A stretch of 64,000 bases of DNA from positions 1,824,001 to 1,888,000 of the forward strand of contig OZ245011.1 in the NCBI GenBank assembly GCA_965223665.1. The letters run 5' to 3'. Position numbers and translations under genes: made by a program. Origin of the DNA: Nitrospinaceae bacterium. GTDB lineage: Bacteria > Nitrospinota > Nitrospinia > Nitrospinales > Nitrospinaceae. Positions 30,301 through 39,171 of this stretch are shown piece after piece. The notes beneath the pieces are model-generated. The model was not told the origin of the DNA, ran no database searches, and saw nothing but the letters and a program-made list of their open reading frames with translations. Each line of letters begins with the position of its first letter. The stretch's first letter is position 1.

Positions 30301-30821
30301 AGAAATTTTTCCATGTCTCCCTCACAAACCAACTTCAAATAGTGTGGGATATTTTTTTTGTTAATGGATTCTGTTTTTTTTGGGAGGAGGATTTTTTAAT
30401 CAAATCCAAATGCACCGTTCCATCGCTCACTCAAATCGGGTGAATCCTGTCATTCTGAATAAATGTCAGAAGTGGCTTTCCCTAGTTTGAACACCTTTGA
30501 AAAACGCGCAACTATCTTTGTCCATTCTTCCCAACTCGAAATAAGATTTGAGGACTCAAAGCAAAACATTTTTTTGTTCGCGGTTTCCACATATAGCCAT
30601 CCCGAAAATTTTAAATTATTCAAAGTTGTATTGAGGCATAGTCCTTTTCGTTCAGACGGGGCTTGGGATTGCCTTCTTAATTTAAATTTGAAATAATCGT
30701 GCTCAACTTTAAAATTTCACCATGGAATAGTTTCCATTGCACGTGACAATTCTTTGTTAACCTGCAGGACAAAATTGTTTTTTGCTGGGAAAGGTCACCA
30801 ATCAAAGCACAAAGGTTTTAA

Positions 30822-31127
30822 ATGAAGATTGCTTCGTATTTTAAATTTTTATATAAAATTCCTGCCTTACTGGATTTATTGAAGCTTCCCCGGAAAGTGA
30901 AAGCCCTGGAAGAAAAAGTAGGGTCACTGGAAAAACGTTTCGCCGCTTTGGAAAATCAATCCAAAGAAGATTCCAATTCAAAAGATGACCAGTCTCTGTG
31001 CAACGTCTGTGGGAAATATACGCTGAAAAAGGATCCCAATATCCCACCCAAGTTAAGTCCGAAACCAGGGAAAAACATTACCGTGTATTTCTGGACCTGC
31101 GAATGTGGAAATAGAGGTTATCGTTAA
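30822..31127 (+). CDS. Small coiled-coil + zinc-ribbon-like protein
   Basis: CNVC...CEC; ORF ends before a bidirectional terminator. Confidence 0.55.
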   Translation: MKIASYFKFLYKIPALLDLLKLPRKVKALEEKVGSLEKRFAALENQSKEDSNSKDDQSLCNVCGKYTLKKDPNIPPKLSPKPGKNITVYFWTCECGNRGYR

Positions 31128-31200
31128 ACAGCCTTTCCATCCAACCTGCATTAACTGAACCCCGGGAAAAGATTAAAATGACCTGAACAGAATCCACAAA

Positions 31201-31235
31201 AAAAAGCCTGCGCTCGAAGAAAACGCAGGCTTTTT
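31201..31235. terminator. Bidirectional intrinsic terminator
   Basis: AAAAAGCCTGCG-N11-CGCAGGCTTTTT. Confidence 0.9.
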
Positions 31236-31328
31236 GGTTCAAAGGTTAGGTTGTAACTGGGCCTCGTAAAATTTAAATCTCCGAGCCAAACCCGTTCCCG
31301 GGGCACAGCTCGCAGACAGTTACATATT

Positions 31329-31775
31329 TTAGGAGCCGCCCTGGATTTCGACCTTCACGGTCTTTGGAACAATTTCCTCTCGTTTGGGGAGAACTAAAGT
31401 TAAAATTCCATGTTCCAACTTTGCGGAAATTTTTTCCGGGTCTACTCCATCACCCAGCACAAAGGAGCGTTCAAAATTTTGATTCAGGAATTCGCGCATA
31501 AGATATTTATTTACTTTTTGTTCTGCCTCTTCTCCCCATTGGCCTCGAATGAACAATTTACCATCGCGCGTTTCCACGTTGATGTTTTTATCGGTCATTC
31601 CCGGCACTTGTGCTGTTAAAATAAAGCTATTCTCTGTTTCCACCAAATTCACTTTAACCGATTCATTTTTGGATGCCGCCCATTCCGGTTGCCTGGAAAC
31701 CTCAGTATTAAAAATAGGATCATTTTCAAAAAAACGATCAACTAAATTATTGGGCTTAAAAGTAATAATGTTCAT
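31329..31775 (-). CDS. Hsp20/alpha-crystallin small heat-shock protein (copy 1)
   Basis: FERSFVL and AKLEHGILTLVLPK motifs; about 66% aa identity (my count 98/148) to 35609..36055. Confidence 0.95.
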   Translation of the reverse strand: MNIITFKPNNLVDRFFENDPIFNTEVSRQPEWAASKNESVKVNLVETENSFILTAQVPGMTDKNINVETRDGKLFIRGQWGEEAEQKVNKYLMREFLNQNFERSFVLGDGVDPEKISAKLEHGILTLVLPKREEIVPKTVKVEIQGGS

Positions 31776-32043
31776 AATTGACCCCCTTTCACTATCCTTA
31801 AAAAAATTTTTAAAATTCGGTTGCGTTTTCGAGTCGGTACTCATTCAACTCGTTATGATTTTTAAATAAAATTGGCGGAAATAAATGTCAAGGTGAGAAG
31901 AATTTTTTTTTGAGAGAAGATGGATCCAATAAAAAATTCCGAATAATTCCTTATAAAACAAAAGCTTAAAAACATGAGCTTTTGCAATAAAATTTTTTTT
32001 ATATGACCTTGACTGTATCGAAAAGGATTTTATTAATCTTATA

Positions 32044-32188
32044 ACAAACCCGAGTAGCCGGATAGCTACAACCTAATAATAGGGGTTGAAAGTAAGACAT
32101 GTTGATTTCTTAATTAATGATTAACTTCGGGTTTGGGTCCCACAATTTCCGGCTATAACTTTTCATTTATTTTTTTAAGGAGGTTACC
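32044..32188 (+). ncRNA. Candidate structured 5' leader (copy 1)
   Basis: Interleaved stems conserved, with compensatory changes, in copy 2; lies just downstream of a TTGACT..TATTAA promoter. Confidence 0.55.
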
Positions 32189-32428
32189 ATGAAAAAACTC
32201 TTATTTTTATTGATCACCGTTTCATTTTTAATTGGAATTTCCTCAGTCAACGCATTTGCCAGCGAACCGGCACCCGATCCTATGGACCGCCATGCAGTCT
32301 GGACTAATACCTCCACTGTTGGAAAGGGCGGCACGGCACCCATGCCTATGACCACCAAAGGTGACAAGGGAAAAACTTTTGACTTTATTCGTGAAACAAA
32401 GTCTTACGAATACAATAAAAATTCTTAA
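32189..32428 (+). CDS. Small secreted protein (79 aa), paralog of 38822..39064
   Basis: AAGGAGG RBS; signal peptide ending AFA; terminator follows. Confidence 0.85.
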   Translation: MKKLLFLLITVSFLIGISSVNAFASEPAPDPMDRHAVWTNTSTVGKGGTAPMPMTTKGDKGKTFDFIRETKSYEYNKNS

Positions 32429-32447
32429 TTAATCGTTAACCTGTTTT

Positions 32448-32481
32448 ACGGCTCCTCCTAAAAGAGGAGCCGTTTTTTTTT
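32448..32481 (+). terminator. Intrinsic terminator
   Basis: ACGGCTCCTC..GAGGAGCCGT followed by a T-tract. Confidence 0.9.
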
Positions 32482-32581
32482 ATCTGTTCGCAAAAGTTTT
32501 GCGGGTGGATGTAGAGGACTTCTTTATATCGGGTTGAGTTTTGTCCTCATTTTTCAGGCTAAAATCTGTTAACCGATTTTG

Positions 32582-33745
32582 TCAGGAAGAAGATTCCAAT
32601 ACAAGAGGAATTTCAATATGTTTACCTTCACGCCACAATTTCACTTTCACAGTGTCGCCAATCTGGTAGCGATTAATTACCTTAACCAGGTCATCCATCT
32701 TTCCTATCTTTTCATCATTGATGGCAAGGATGATATCGCCTCCTACAGCAAAACTTAAATTGCCAATGATTAAATTCGTGTGGCCTCCTTTAATACCACT
32801 TTTACGTGCCGGGCTTCCCGGAAAGGTTTCCACAACCAAAACACCGGTTTCCAGACTGATATTGAGAATCTTTCCCAATTCGGGGTTCAGGTTTAAACCC
32901 GAAATGCCTATCCAGGGTTTCGCGTACTTCCCTGTGGTGATCAGCTGTATGGCTACCGCCTTGGCACGATTGACCGGGATGGAAAATCCAATTCCCTGAT
33001 ACCCGCCGGACAAACTGAAAATAGCGGTGTTGATTCCGATCACTTCACCGCTGGAGTTGAGTAACGGTCCCCCTGAGTTTCCGGGGTTGATGGCCGCATC
33101 GGTTTGGATGAGATCGTACAACACGCCGCCGTCATTACTTTGGATTTGTCGATTCAGCGCACTCACGATACCCACCGTCATGGTGTGGGACAGTCCGAAT
33201 GGGTTTCCAATCGCAATAGCTTTTTGTCCTACTTTAATCTTGTCCGAATTCCCCAGAACCGCAACACGGGTTACATATTTCTCCGGAATTTTTATTACCG
33301 CCAAATCAGAGGAGGGATCTCGGCCAATTAAAACCGCATCCACTTTTTTCTGGTTTCCCAGCGTAACAGTGATAATCTTTGCGTTTTCTACCACATGGTT
33401 ATTCGTCAGAATATAACCCTTTTTATCAATAATGAATCCCGTGCCCTGCCCCTGTTTCGGAATAATGTTCCTCCAGTAGTTCATGGTCAAGGTGGTAGCA
33501 GCAATATTCACCACCGCTTCATGCACCTGTTCGAATACATCCGTAGTGATTTTTTCATCGGGCGAAATAACGAGGGGACGGTCCAATTTTTCAGGCCGAT
33601 TGAAATCCAGTTCCTGAGCCGACGGCGAATCCACCACTGCTAAAGAAATTTTTTCCCATTGGCCCCACAGGGTCAGCAACAGGGCAAACAGCATTAGAAT
33701 CCAGAAGTGTGATTTTGAATTTTTAAATGATGAAAATAAGTTCAT
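32582..33745 (-). CDS. HtrA/DegP-family serine protease with one PDZ domain
   Basis: TNNHV, DLAV and GNSGG catalytic-triad motifs; PDZ C-terminus. Confidence 0.95.
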   Translation of the reverse strand: MNLFSSFKNSKSHFWILMLFALLLTLWGQWEKISLAVVDSPSAQELDFNRPEKLDRPLVISPDEKITTDVFEQVHEAVVNIAATTLTMNYWRNIIPKQGQGTGFIIDKKGYILTNNHVVENAKIITVTLGNQKKVDAVLIGRDPSSDLAVIKIPEKYVTRVAVLGNSDKIKVGQKAIAIGNPFGLSHTMTVGIVSALNRQIQSNDGGVLYDLIQTDAAINPGNSGGPLLNSSGEVIGINTAIFSLSGGYQGIGFSIPVNRAKAVAIQLITTGKYAKPWIGISGLNLNPELGKILNISLETGVLVVETFPGSPARKSGIKGGHTNLIIGNLSFAVGGDIILAINDEKIGKMDDLVKVINRYQIGDTVKVKLWREGKHIEIPLVLESSS

Positions 33746-33923
33746 TTTTTTCCTGTTTTTTTCAGCCCCTAACTTGACAGAAAATCTAGTGGGTATTATT
33801 TAATTTATAGGAAGGTAATAAAATGTGTCCGTTTGTATGTCAAGAGAAGGAATCTGTTTTGTGCAGTGGTTAACACTCATGGGCTAACAAGCCATGAAAT
33901 TTCAATAATTTTTAATTGGAGGT

Positions 33924-34436
33924 ATGACCATGAACCTTAAAGAACTGATTCCCTGGTATCGGGATAAAGATGGAAATTTGTTGAAAAACACCGATGATAA
34001 TCCTTTTTTGACTTTACAACGGGAAATGAATCAGATGTTCGACAGTTTCTCCCGATCCATTTTCGACGACTCCTCCTTTTTTAAGGGAAGAGGATCCGGG
34101 ATGGTATCCACTAAAATGGATGTTAAGGAAACTGATAAAAATATCCAGGTGACATTGGAACTACCCGGAATCGAGGAAAAGGATATTGATGTGAATGTTA
34201 CCAAAGATCTGCTGACGATTAAGGGGGAAAAACAAGCAGAAAAGGACGAAAAGAAAGAGGGCTATCATTTGATTGAAAGATCCTTCGGTTCTTTTCATCG
34301 GTCTGTCCCTTTACCACCGGGTGTAGAAACAGATCAGGTGAAAGCGAATTTTAAAAATGGAGTGCTGAAAATAACGCTTCCTAAATCTGAGGAAGCACAA
34401 AAAGAAACAAAAAAAGTCGAGATTAGTTCCGACTAG
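33924..34436 (+). CDS. Hsp20 small heat-shock protein
   Basis: ERSFGSFHRSVPLP and FKNGVLKITLPK motifs; GGAGG RBS. Confidence 0.95.
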   Translation: MTMNLKELIPWYRDKDGNLLKNTDDNPFLTLQREMNQMFDSFSRSIFDDSSFFKGRGSGMVSTKMDVKETDKNIQVTLELPGIEEKDIDVNVTKDLLTIKGEKQAEKDEKKEGYHLIERSFGSFHRSVPLPPGVETDQVKANFKNGVLKITLPKSEEAQKETKKVEISSD

Positions 34437-34542
34437 AAAAAAATGAGGCAATAGCAAAAGTGGGCCTGCCCTCTTATCTCTATTGCCTCAGCTTTATGCG
34501 AAAGATAATTTGGGTCTCAATGTTTTTAAAAGGGGCAATGTG

Positions 34543-35235
34543 ATGAAACCAAATGATTTTTCAAAAACAAATATTTCAGACACACCACCTGAAGCCAACG
34601 ACGCAGAGATGCATCGGATGAATGAATCCTACATGAACGATTTCGAGTCAAGGCGGCAATTTAAAATTAATCAGTGGCTGTGGGTAGCCATCGTGGTACT
34701 CTCTGTGATCATTGCAGTGCAAAGTTACCTGTTGTGGAAACCGCTGCAGCAACAATCTAAAGGGGATTCCTCGTCTTTAGGTTTAAAAATGGATGATTTG
34801 TTTAAACAAAAAGATCCGATAGGTCAATGGGACGCATTTGATGAATTTCAGAAAATGCAAAAGCGAATGGATGACTTTTTTAAAGAGTCTACTTCCCAAT
34901 GGGAAACCCACGAACCCCCAATGAAAAGTTTTTCCTTCGGCGGGCCGTTTTCTCAACAATACGATTTAAAAGAAACGGATGATCAAGTCATCGTTTCTTT
35001 AAATCTGCCAGGGTTAAATGAAACGAATATCGATGTGACCGTTCAAGAGGGTACTTTAAAAATCAGTGGAACCCTGCGGGAAGAAAAGAAGCGAAGCAAA
35101 GACAACTCCACCTTTCAAAGCAAAAGATCTTCTCATTTTGAGCGTTATCTCACCCTTCCCCAACCGGTTAAGGAAAACTCCCTGAAAGTAGACTACGAGG
35201 ACAATACCTTAACTGTTCAATTGGATAAAAAATAA
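34543..35235 (+). CDS. Membrane-anchored Hsp20-domain protein
   Basis: TM helix WLWVAIVVLSVIIAVQSYLLW followed by an alpha-crystallin domain (FERYLTLP). Confidence 0.85.
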   Translation: MKPNDFSKTNISDTPPEANDAEMHRMNESYMNDFESRRQFKINQWLWVAIVVLSVIIAVQSYLLWKPLQQQSKGDSSSLGLKMDDLFKQKDPIGQWDAFDEFQKMQKRMDDFFKESTSQWETHEPPMKSFSFGGPFSQQYDLKETDDQVIVSLNLPGLNETNIDVTVQEGTLKISGTLREEKKRSKDNSTFQSKRSSHFERYLTLPQPVKENSLKVDYEDNTLTVQLDKK

Positions 35236-35480
35236 CCTGCGAAAAGACATCTTGCCGTTTAACAGAAAAGGTTTTTAAGAAGTTGACGGCGAATCTCCAT
35301 TTGTCCTGGAGGCTCCTGTATTTTCCAGTGTCTGCGACAATAACAAACCGGAAAGAATTTAAAAAATAAAGTTGCCTCCTCCAGTTTAAGTTTTTTTAGG
35401 ACAAATACTCGGGGTAAGAAAGGCTCTTCAATTTTAAGACAAAATCAAAGTTAATGGTAAGCTCTGAATTTTCCACAAAA

Positions 35481-35512
35481 AAAAAGCCTGCGCTCGAAGA
35501 AAACGCAGGCTT
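35481..35512 (-). terminator. Intrinsic terminator, duplicate of 31201..31235
   Basis: Identical stem and loop. Confidence 0.9.
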
Positions 35513-35608
35513 ATTGGTTCAAAGGTTAGGTTGTTAAAGGACCTCGTAAAATTTAAATCTCCGAGCCAAACCCGTTCCCGGGGCCTGGCCCGCAGACAGT
35601 TTCATATT

Positions 35609-36055
35609 TTAGGAGGTGCCCTGGATTTCGACCTTCACGGTCTTGGGTTTCACTTCCTCACGCTTGGGCAGAACCAGAGTCAGAACTCCGCTGTCCAGCT
35701 TCGCGGAGATCTTCTCCGGGTCCACTCCATCACCTAGCACAAAGGAGCGTTCAAAACTTTGTGATGCAAATTCACGCATGTGATAGTTTTCCTCTTGCTT
35801 CTCAGTCTTTTCTTCTACATGACCTTTGAGGAACAGTTTACCGTCGCGAGTTTCCACACTGATGTCTTTTTCAGTCAATCCGGGAACCTGCGCCGTTAGT
35901 GTAAAGTTATCTTCGTTTTCTACCACATTCACTTTGACAGAACTCGTTTTCGCAGGAGCCCACTCAGGGTTCCAGCGAAACGCATTATTAAAAAATGGAT
36001 CGTCATCAAAAAAACGATCAATAAAATGATTTGGTTTATAAGTTACTACATTCAT
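35609..36055 (-). CDS. Hsp20 small heat-shock protein (copy 2)
   Basis: Alpha-crystallin motifs; GGAGG RBS. Confidence 0.95.
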   Translation of the reverse strand: MNVVTYKPNHFIDRFFDDDPFFNNAFRWNPEWAPAKTSSVKVNVVENEDNFTLTAQVPGLTEKDISVETRDGKLFLKGHVEEKTEKQEENYHMREFASQSFERSFVLGDGVDPEKISAKLDSGVLTLVLPKREEVKPKTVKVEIQGTS

Positions 36056-36469
36056 TTGGGACCTCCAGTTATGTAATTCATCCTAAAAATAAAACAATTT
36101 TTTGTTATTGATTAATTTTTAAGAGCCGGCACTCATTTAACTTGTTCTGCTTAATAAATAAAATCGCCATTTTCACCTGTCAAGGTGACAAGTCATTTTT
36201 TTTATTTTCTGAAATTTCAAACCATTGAAAAAACCTTAAAATAAGGGCTGTTTCGACGATCCCCCTAAATTTCCAATCACTTACCCTCTCACCAAAATTG
36301 TAAAATTCTGACAAAAAATTAAAACTTTTCTGTAATTTTTTTCAGAGTTTTTCTGATTGTCGAAACTAAACCGTTTTTTTTAATATAAAGAACGTTCCTT
36401 ATATAGGGCAGGATTTTAGGGTTTTTTTAATTGATAGAATTCGTTTTAAAACATTCCATTTGAGAAAGG

Positions 36470-37003
36470 TTGTATTGCATGTGTGGTCAGGATCACTTAA
36501 CTCCCATTTATGAGTCTGGTTTAAGTAAAATTGAAAAATGGTCCGGGAGTTTGCACACTCTGCTATCTTACGATTCGGACTATTTATCGCTGAAAATCTG
36601 GCAGAATATTTTACACCTGCAAGGTCAAATGCTTCAGGAATGCATTGCCAAAGAAGCTCCTATATATCTCTTTCTTCCGCCTTCCAACTCCAGAGAAAAT
36701 GAAATTCAAATTCAAAACAGGGCTCATGTAAAAAACATTTCGATGAGCTCTGTCTTGAATTTATCGATTGTTTCCAAAAACAGTGGAAAAGAAATTTTGT
36801 CCGTAAGAGAACTCTCTCCCCACAAAGAGTTGCAGTTTGAGTTTAAGAAGGAAGGAGCCTATGAATTGATTTATTCCTTCGTAAATCAGCAAAAATTCGA
36901 GAAACAAATTATTAAAGTGGTTCCCAGGCGCGATTCCTCCCAACCCTATCCACCCAACTATAACCCGGACCTCAATCCCAACTGGGCCAAACGGATTTAT
37001 TAA
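36470..37003 (+). CDS. Hypothetical protein, paralog of 52221..52673
   Basis: Shared IWxNIL, IYLF, SMxSxLNLSI, EFxKEG and QxIKVxP motifs. Confidence 0.7.
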   Translation: MYCMCGQDHLTPIYESGLSKIEKWSGSLHTLLSYDSDYLSLKIWQNILHLQGQMLQECIAKEAPIYLFLPPSNSRENEIQIQNRAHVKNISMSSVLNLSIVSKNSGKEILSVRELSPHKELQFEFKKEGAYELIYSFVNQQKFEKQIIKVVPRRDSSQPYPPNYNPDLNPNWAKRIY

Positions 37004-37050
37004 ATTAAATACTTTCATTCTGGCCTATCCGTTCTAAGCAGAATAAACTT

Positions 37051-38052
37051 TTATTGGGGAGAGTCTATGGAATCTCGAATTTCTTCAATCCAGGGACCGG
37101 AAAGGAGTTGGTCAAAATGTTGAATGTATTTAAGGGACATTTCTTGGAGCAAATCCGAATTGTGCGCCAGGCGTTCGACTTGAACCCACAAATTCCATTC
37201 CTTTCGTAAGCTCCAATTCGGATCGTTCAATCTTGAATCCGGCAAACGGTAATGAAAAGTTGGCCGCGCAGAAGTCAGGTCGTCATTTAGCTGTTTTTCA
37301 ACTTTTTCTCTATTCAAAAACGTAAGTAACGGTAGTAAATCCAATTCTCGATTACGGGTCGAATTATCCGACAAATAATCATCTATAAATTGATTTAAAT
37401 CGGGTTGATACGCACTATTCATTATCTTAAGGCAATACGATTCCGGAAACGAATTAATATAGGGAGATATTTTTCGAGCCACATCCACATCAATGGCCTC
37501 GTGAAGCCAGTCACTTAACAGAAGAAATGCCCGCAAATGATTTAGGATCGCCTCCACCTTCCTGGAAGGAACTTCAGGATTGATATGAACCCCAAAGGCA
37601 AATATAAAAGCTTCATCGGTACCTTTAACATCCAGTTCCTTTAAGCCGTCGACTAAAGCATCCAACTCATTTAAGCGATCCAGCGGGATGGCATCGGTAA
37701 TCACTTCATACGGAACGACGGATTTGCTAATATCCCCAACAATTTCGCACAACTTTTCCACTGCTTCATATTTAAGAAACCGTTCCAATTCACTTTCGTC
37801 CAGTTGGTCTTCGGAAGATTTTTCAGGATGCACCAGTTGCGTATCGAGTTGCACTGAAAAATCACCCAACTTGCTTTTCAGAATTTTATAGTAATGTGCA
37901 TTGACGGTTTCGAGACGGCCACCAAAAATATCCTTAATTTTCTCTGCCACTTCCAACGGGTTTTCTGCAGCAAACTCGATTTCAAAACCAACGGTTCGCG
38001 TTTTGCCCTTATCGTTTTGGATAATGGGAGGCAGTAAAAAGGAATCATTCAT
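37051..38052 (-). CDS. Putative amidoligase (Amidoligase_2-like, COOH-NH2 ligase fold)
   Basis: GFEIEF, PYEVIT, AFGVHINPE, TRNRELDLLP and RPTFHYRLP motifs. Confidence 0.85.
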   Translation of the reverse strand: MNDSFLLPPIIQNDKGKTRTVGFEIEFAAENPLEVAEKIKDIFGGRLETVNAHYYKILKSKLGDFSVQLDTQLVHPEKSSEDQLDESELERFLKYEAVEKLCEIVGDISKSVVPYEVITDAIPLDRLNELDALVDGLKELDVKGTDEAFIFAFGVHINPEVPSRKVEAILNHLRAFLLLSDWLHEAIDVDVARKISPYINSFPESYCLKIMNSAYQPDLNQFIDDYLSDNSTRNRELDLLPLLTFLNREKVEKQLNDDLTSARPTFHYRLPDSRLNDPNWSLRKEWNLWVQVERLAHNSDLLQEMSLKYIQHFDQLLSGPWIEEIRDSIDSPQ

Positions 38053-38158
38053 TCACTTCTCCTTTATTTTTTGTGATCACAAAAATCTAAATCTTCCCCA
38101 GGACACCGGCCCACATCGTAGAAACCTTTATGGTCAGTTTCGCTTCCTCCTTCATACC

Positions 38159-38473
38159 TCACAGTATTTTACTTTTCACCCAATCCTTAATTCCTTCAAA
38201 AGTCGCGTTCAGGTCTTCACCCAAACCATCCAGCTTGGCTTTCAATCCTTCCAGGGCACTGTCTTCCGCATTTATAAGTAGACTTTGCAGTTCCTTAATG
38301 ACGGCAATTTGTTTTCTAAGGTTAACGATATGCTCCTCATATTGTTCTTTAATTTCATCCGAGGCATTTTCCAGGTCTTTTTTTAGAACCTCAATATTAA
38401 ATGTATATTGTTCCAGCTTTTGATCCAGCTGGTCCAGATACTCTTGTTTTTTAAACATGGTTTCCCCTTGCAA
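38159..38473 (-). CDS. Small coiled-coil stress-type protein
   Basis: Amphipathic heptad pattern, 'KQEYLDQLDQKLEQY'; start may be the ATG at 38458. Confidence 0.65.
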   Translation of the reverse strand: MQGETMFKKQEYLDQLDQKLEQYTFNIEVLKKDLENASDEIKEQYEEHIVNLRKQIAVIKELQSLLINAEDSALEGLKAKLDGLGEDLNATFEGIKDWVKSKIL

Positions 38474-38674
38474 AAAAGTGAACTCCTTATCCTTTTATCA
38501 CTAAACAGATTTAAATTGAAAGATTTTTAATTCAGGTATTTAAGAGAGACCCTTTCCAATGAAAAGTAATTCCTATAAAAGCCGAGACTATCAACCCAAA
38601 GGGCATCCTGAATTTTTTTTAATTTTTTTTCTACTGACCTTGACAATTTTCCAGTCCATTTTATAAATAAATTA

Positions 38675-38821
38675 ACAAGCCTGATTGGCCGGAATATTTG
38701 CAACCTGACTTTAAGGGTTGAACTAAAACCATGATGATTTCTTAATTAATGAATTATTTCGGGCTTTAATCTTTTTTGGTTCCGGCTGTAACTTTTCATT
38801 TTTTTTCTTTAGGAGGTTACC
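38675..38821 (+). ncRNA. Candidate structured 5' leader (copy 2)
   Basis: Same stems as 32044..32188; lies downstream of TTGACA..TATAAA. Confidence 0.55.
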
Positions 38822-39064
38822 ATGAAAAAACTCTTATTTTTATTGATTGCAACTACCCTACTCATCGGATTTTCAGGAGTCAGCGCTTTTGCCAAAGACC
38901 CCGCTTCCCCCGAAGTAGACCGTCACGCCGTATGGACCCATGCCACTTCATCTGGCAAATGGAGTCAAGGCCCCATGATCTCAAAAGACCGCAAAAGCAA
39001 TCCTTTTGACTTTATTCGTGAAACAAAATCTTACGAATATAATAAAGGCAGTAAACAATCTTAA
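38822..39064 (+). CDS. Small secreted protein (80 aa), paralog of 32189..32428
   Basis: AGGAGG RBS; signal peptide; shared DRHAVWT and FDFIRETKSYEYNK. Confidence 0.85.
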   Translation: MKKLLFLLIATTLLIGFSGVSAFAKDPASPEVDRHAVWTHATSSGKWSQGPMISKDRKSNPFDFIRETKSYEYNKGSKQS

Positions 39065-39077
39065 TTAATAACCTATG

Positions 39078-39108
39078 AGCGGCTCCTCTCAGGAAGAGGA
39101 GTCGCTTT
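39078..39108 (+). terminator. Terminator-like hairpin homologous to 32448..32481
   Basis: AGCGGCTCCTCT..AGAGGAGTCGCT with a short T-tract. Confidence 0.7.
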
Positions 39109-39171
39109 AAAATTTAACGTGCCCTAAAAATAATCCGGTTTTAAACTTTCTTTTAACAAAAAGGAGGAGCC

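Noticed and set aside
30452-30740. Minus-strand open stretch faintly resembling a PBP/beta-lactamase C-terminus
   Set aside because: No KTG motif and no credible start; the similarity is too weak
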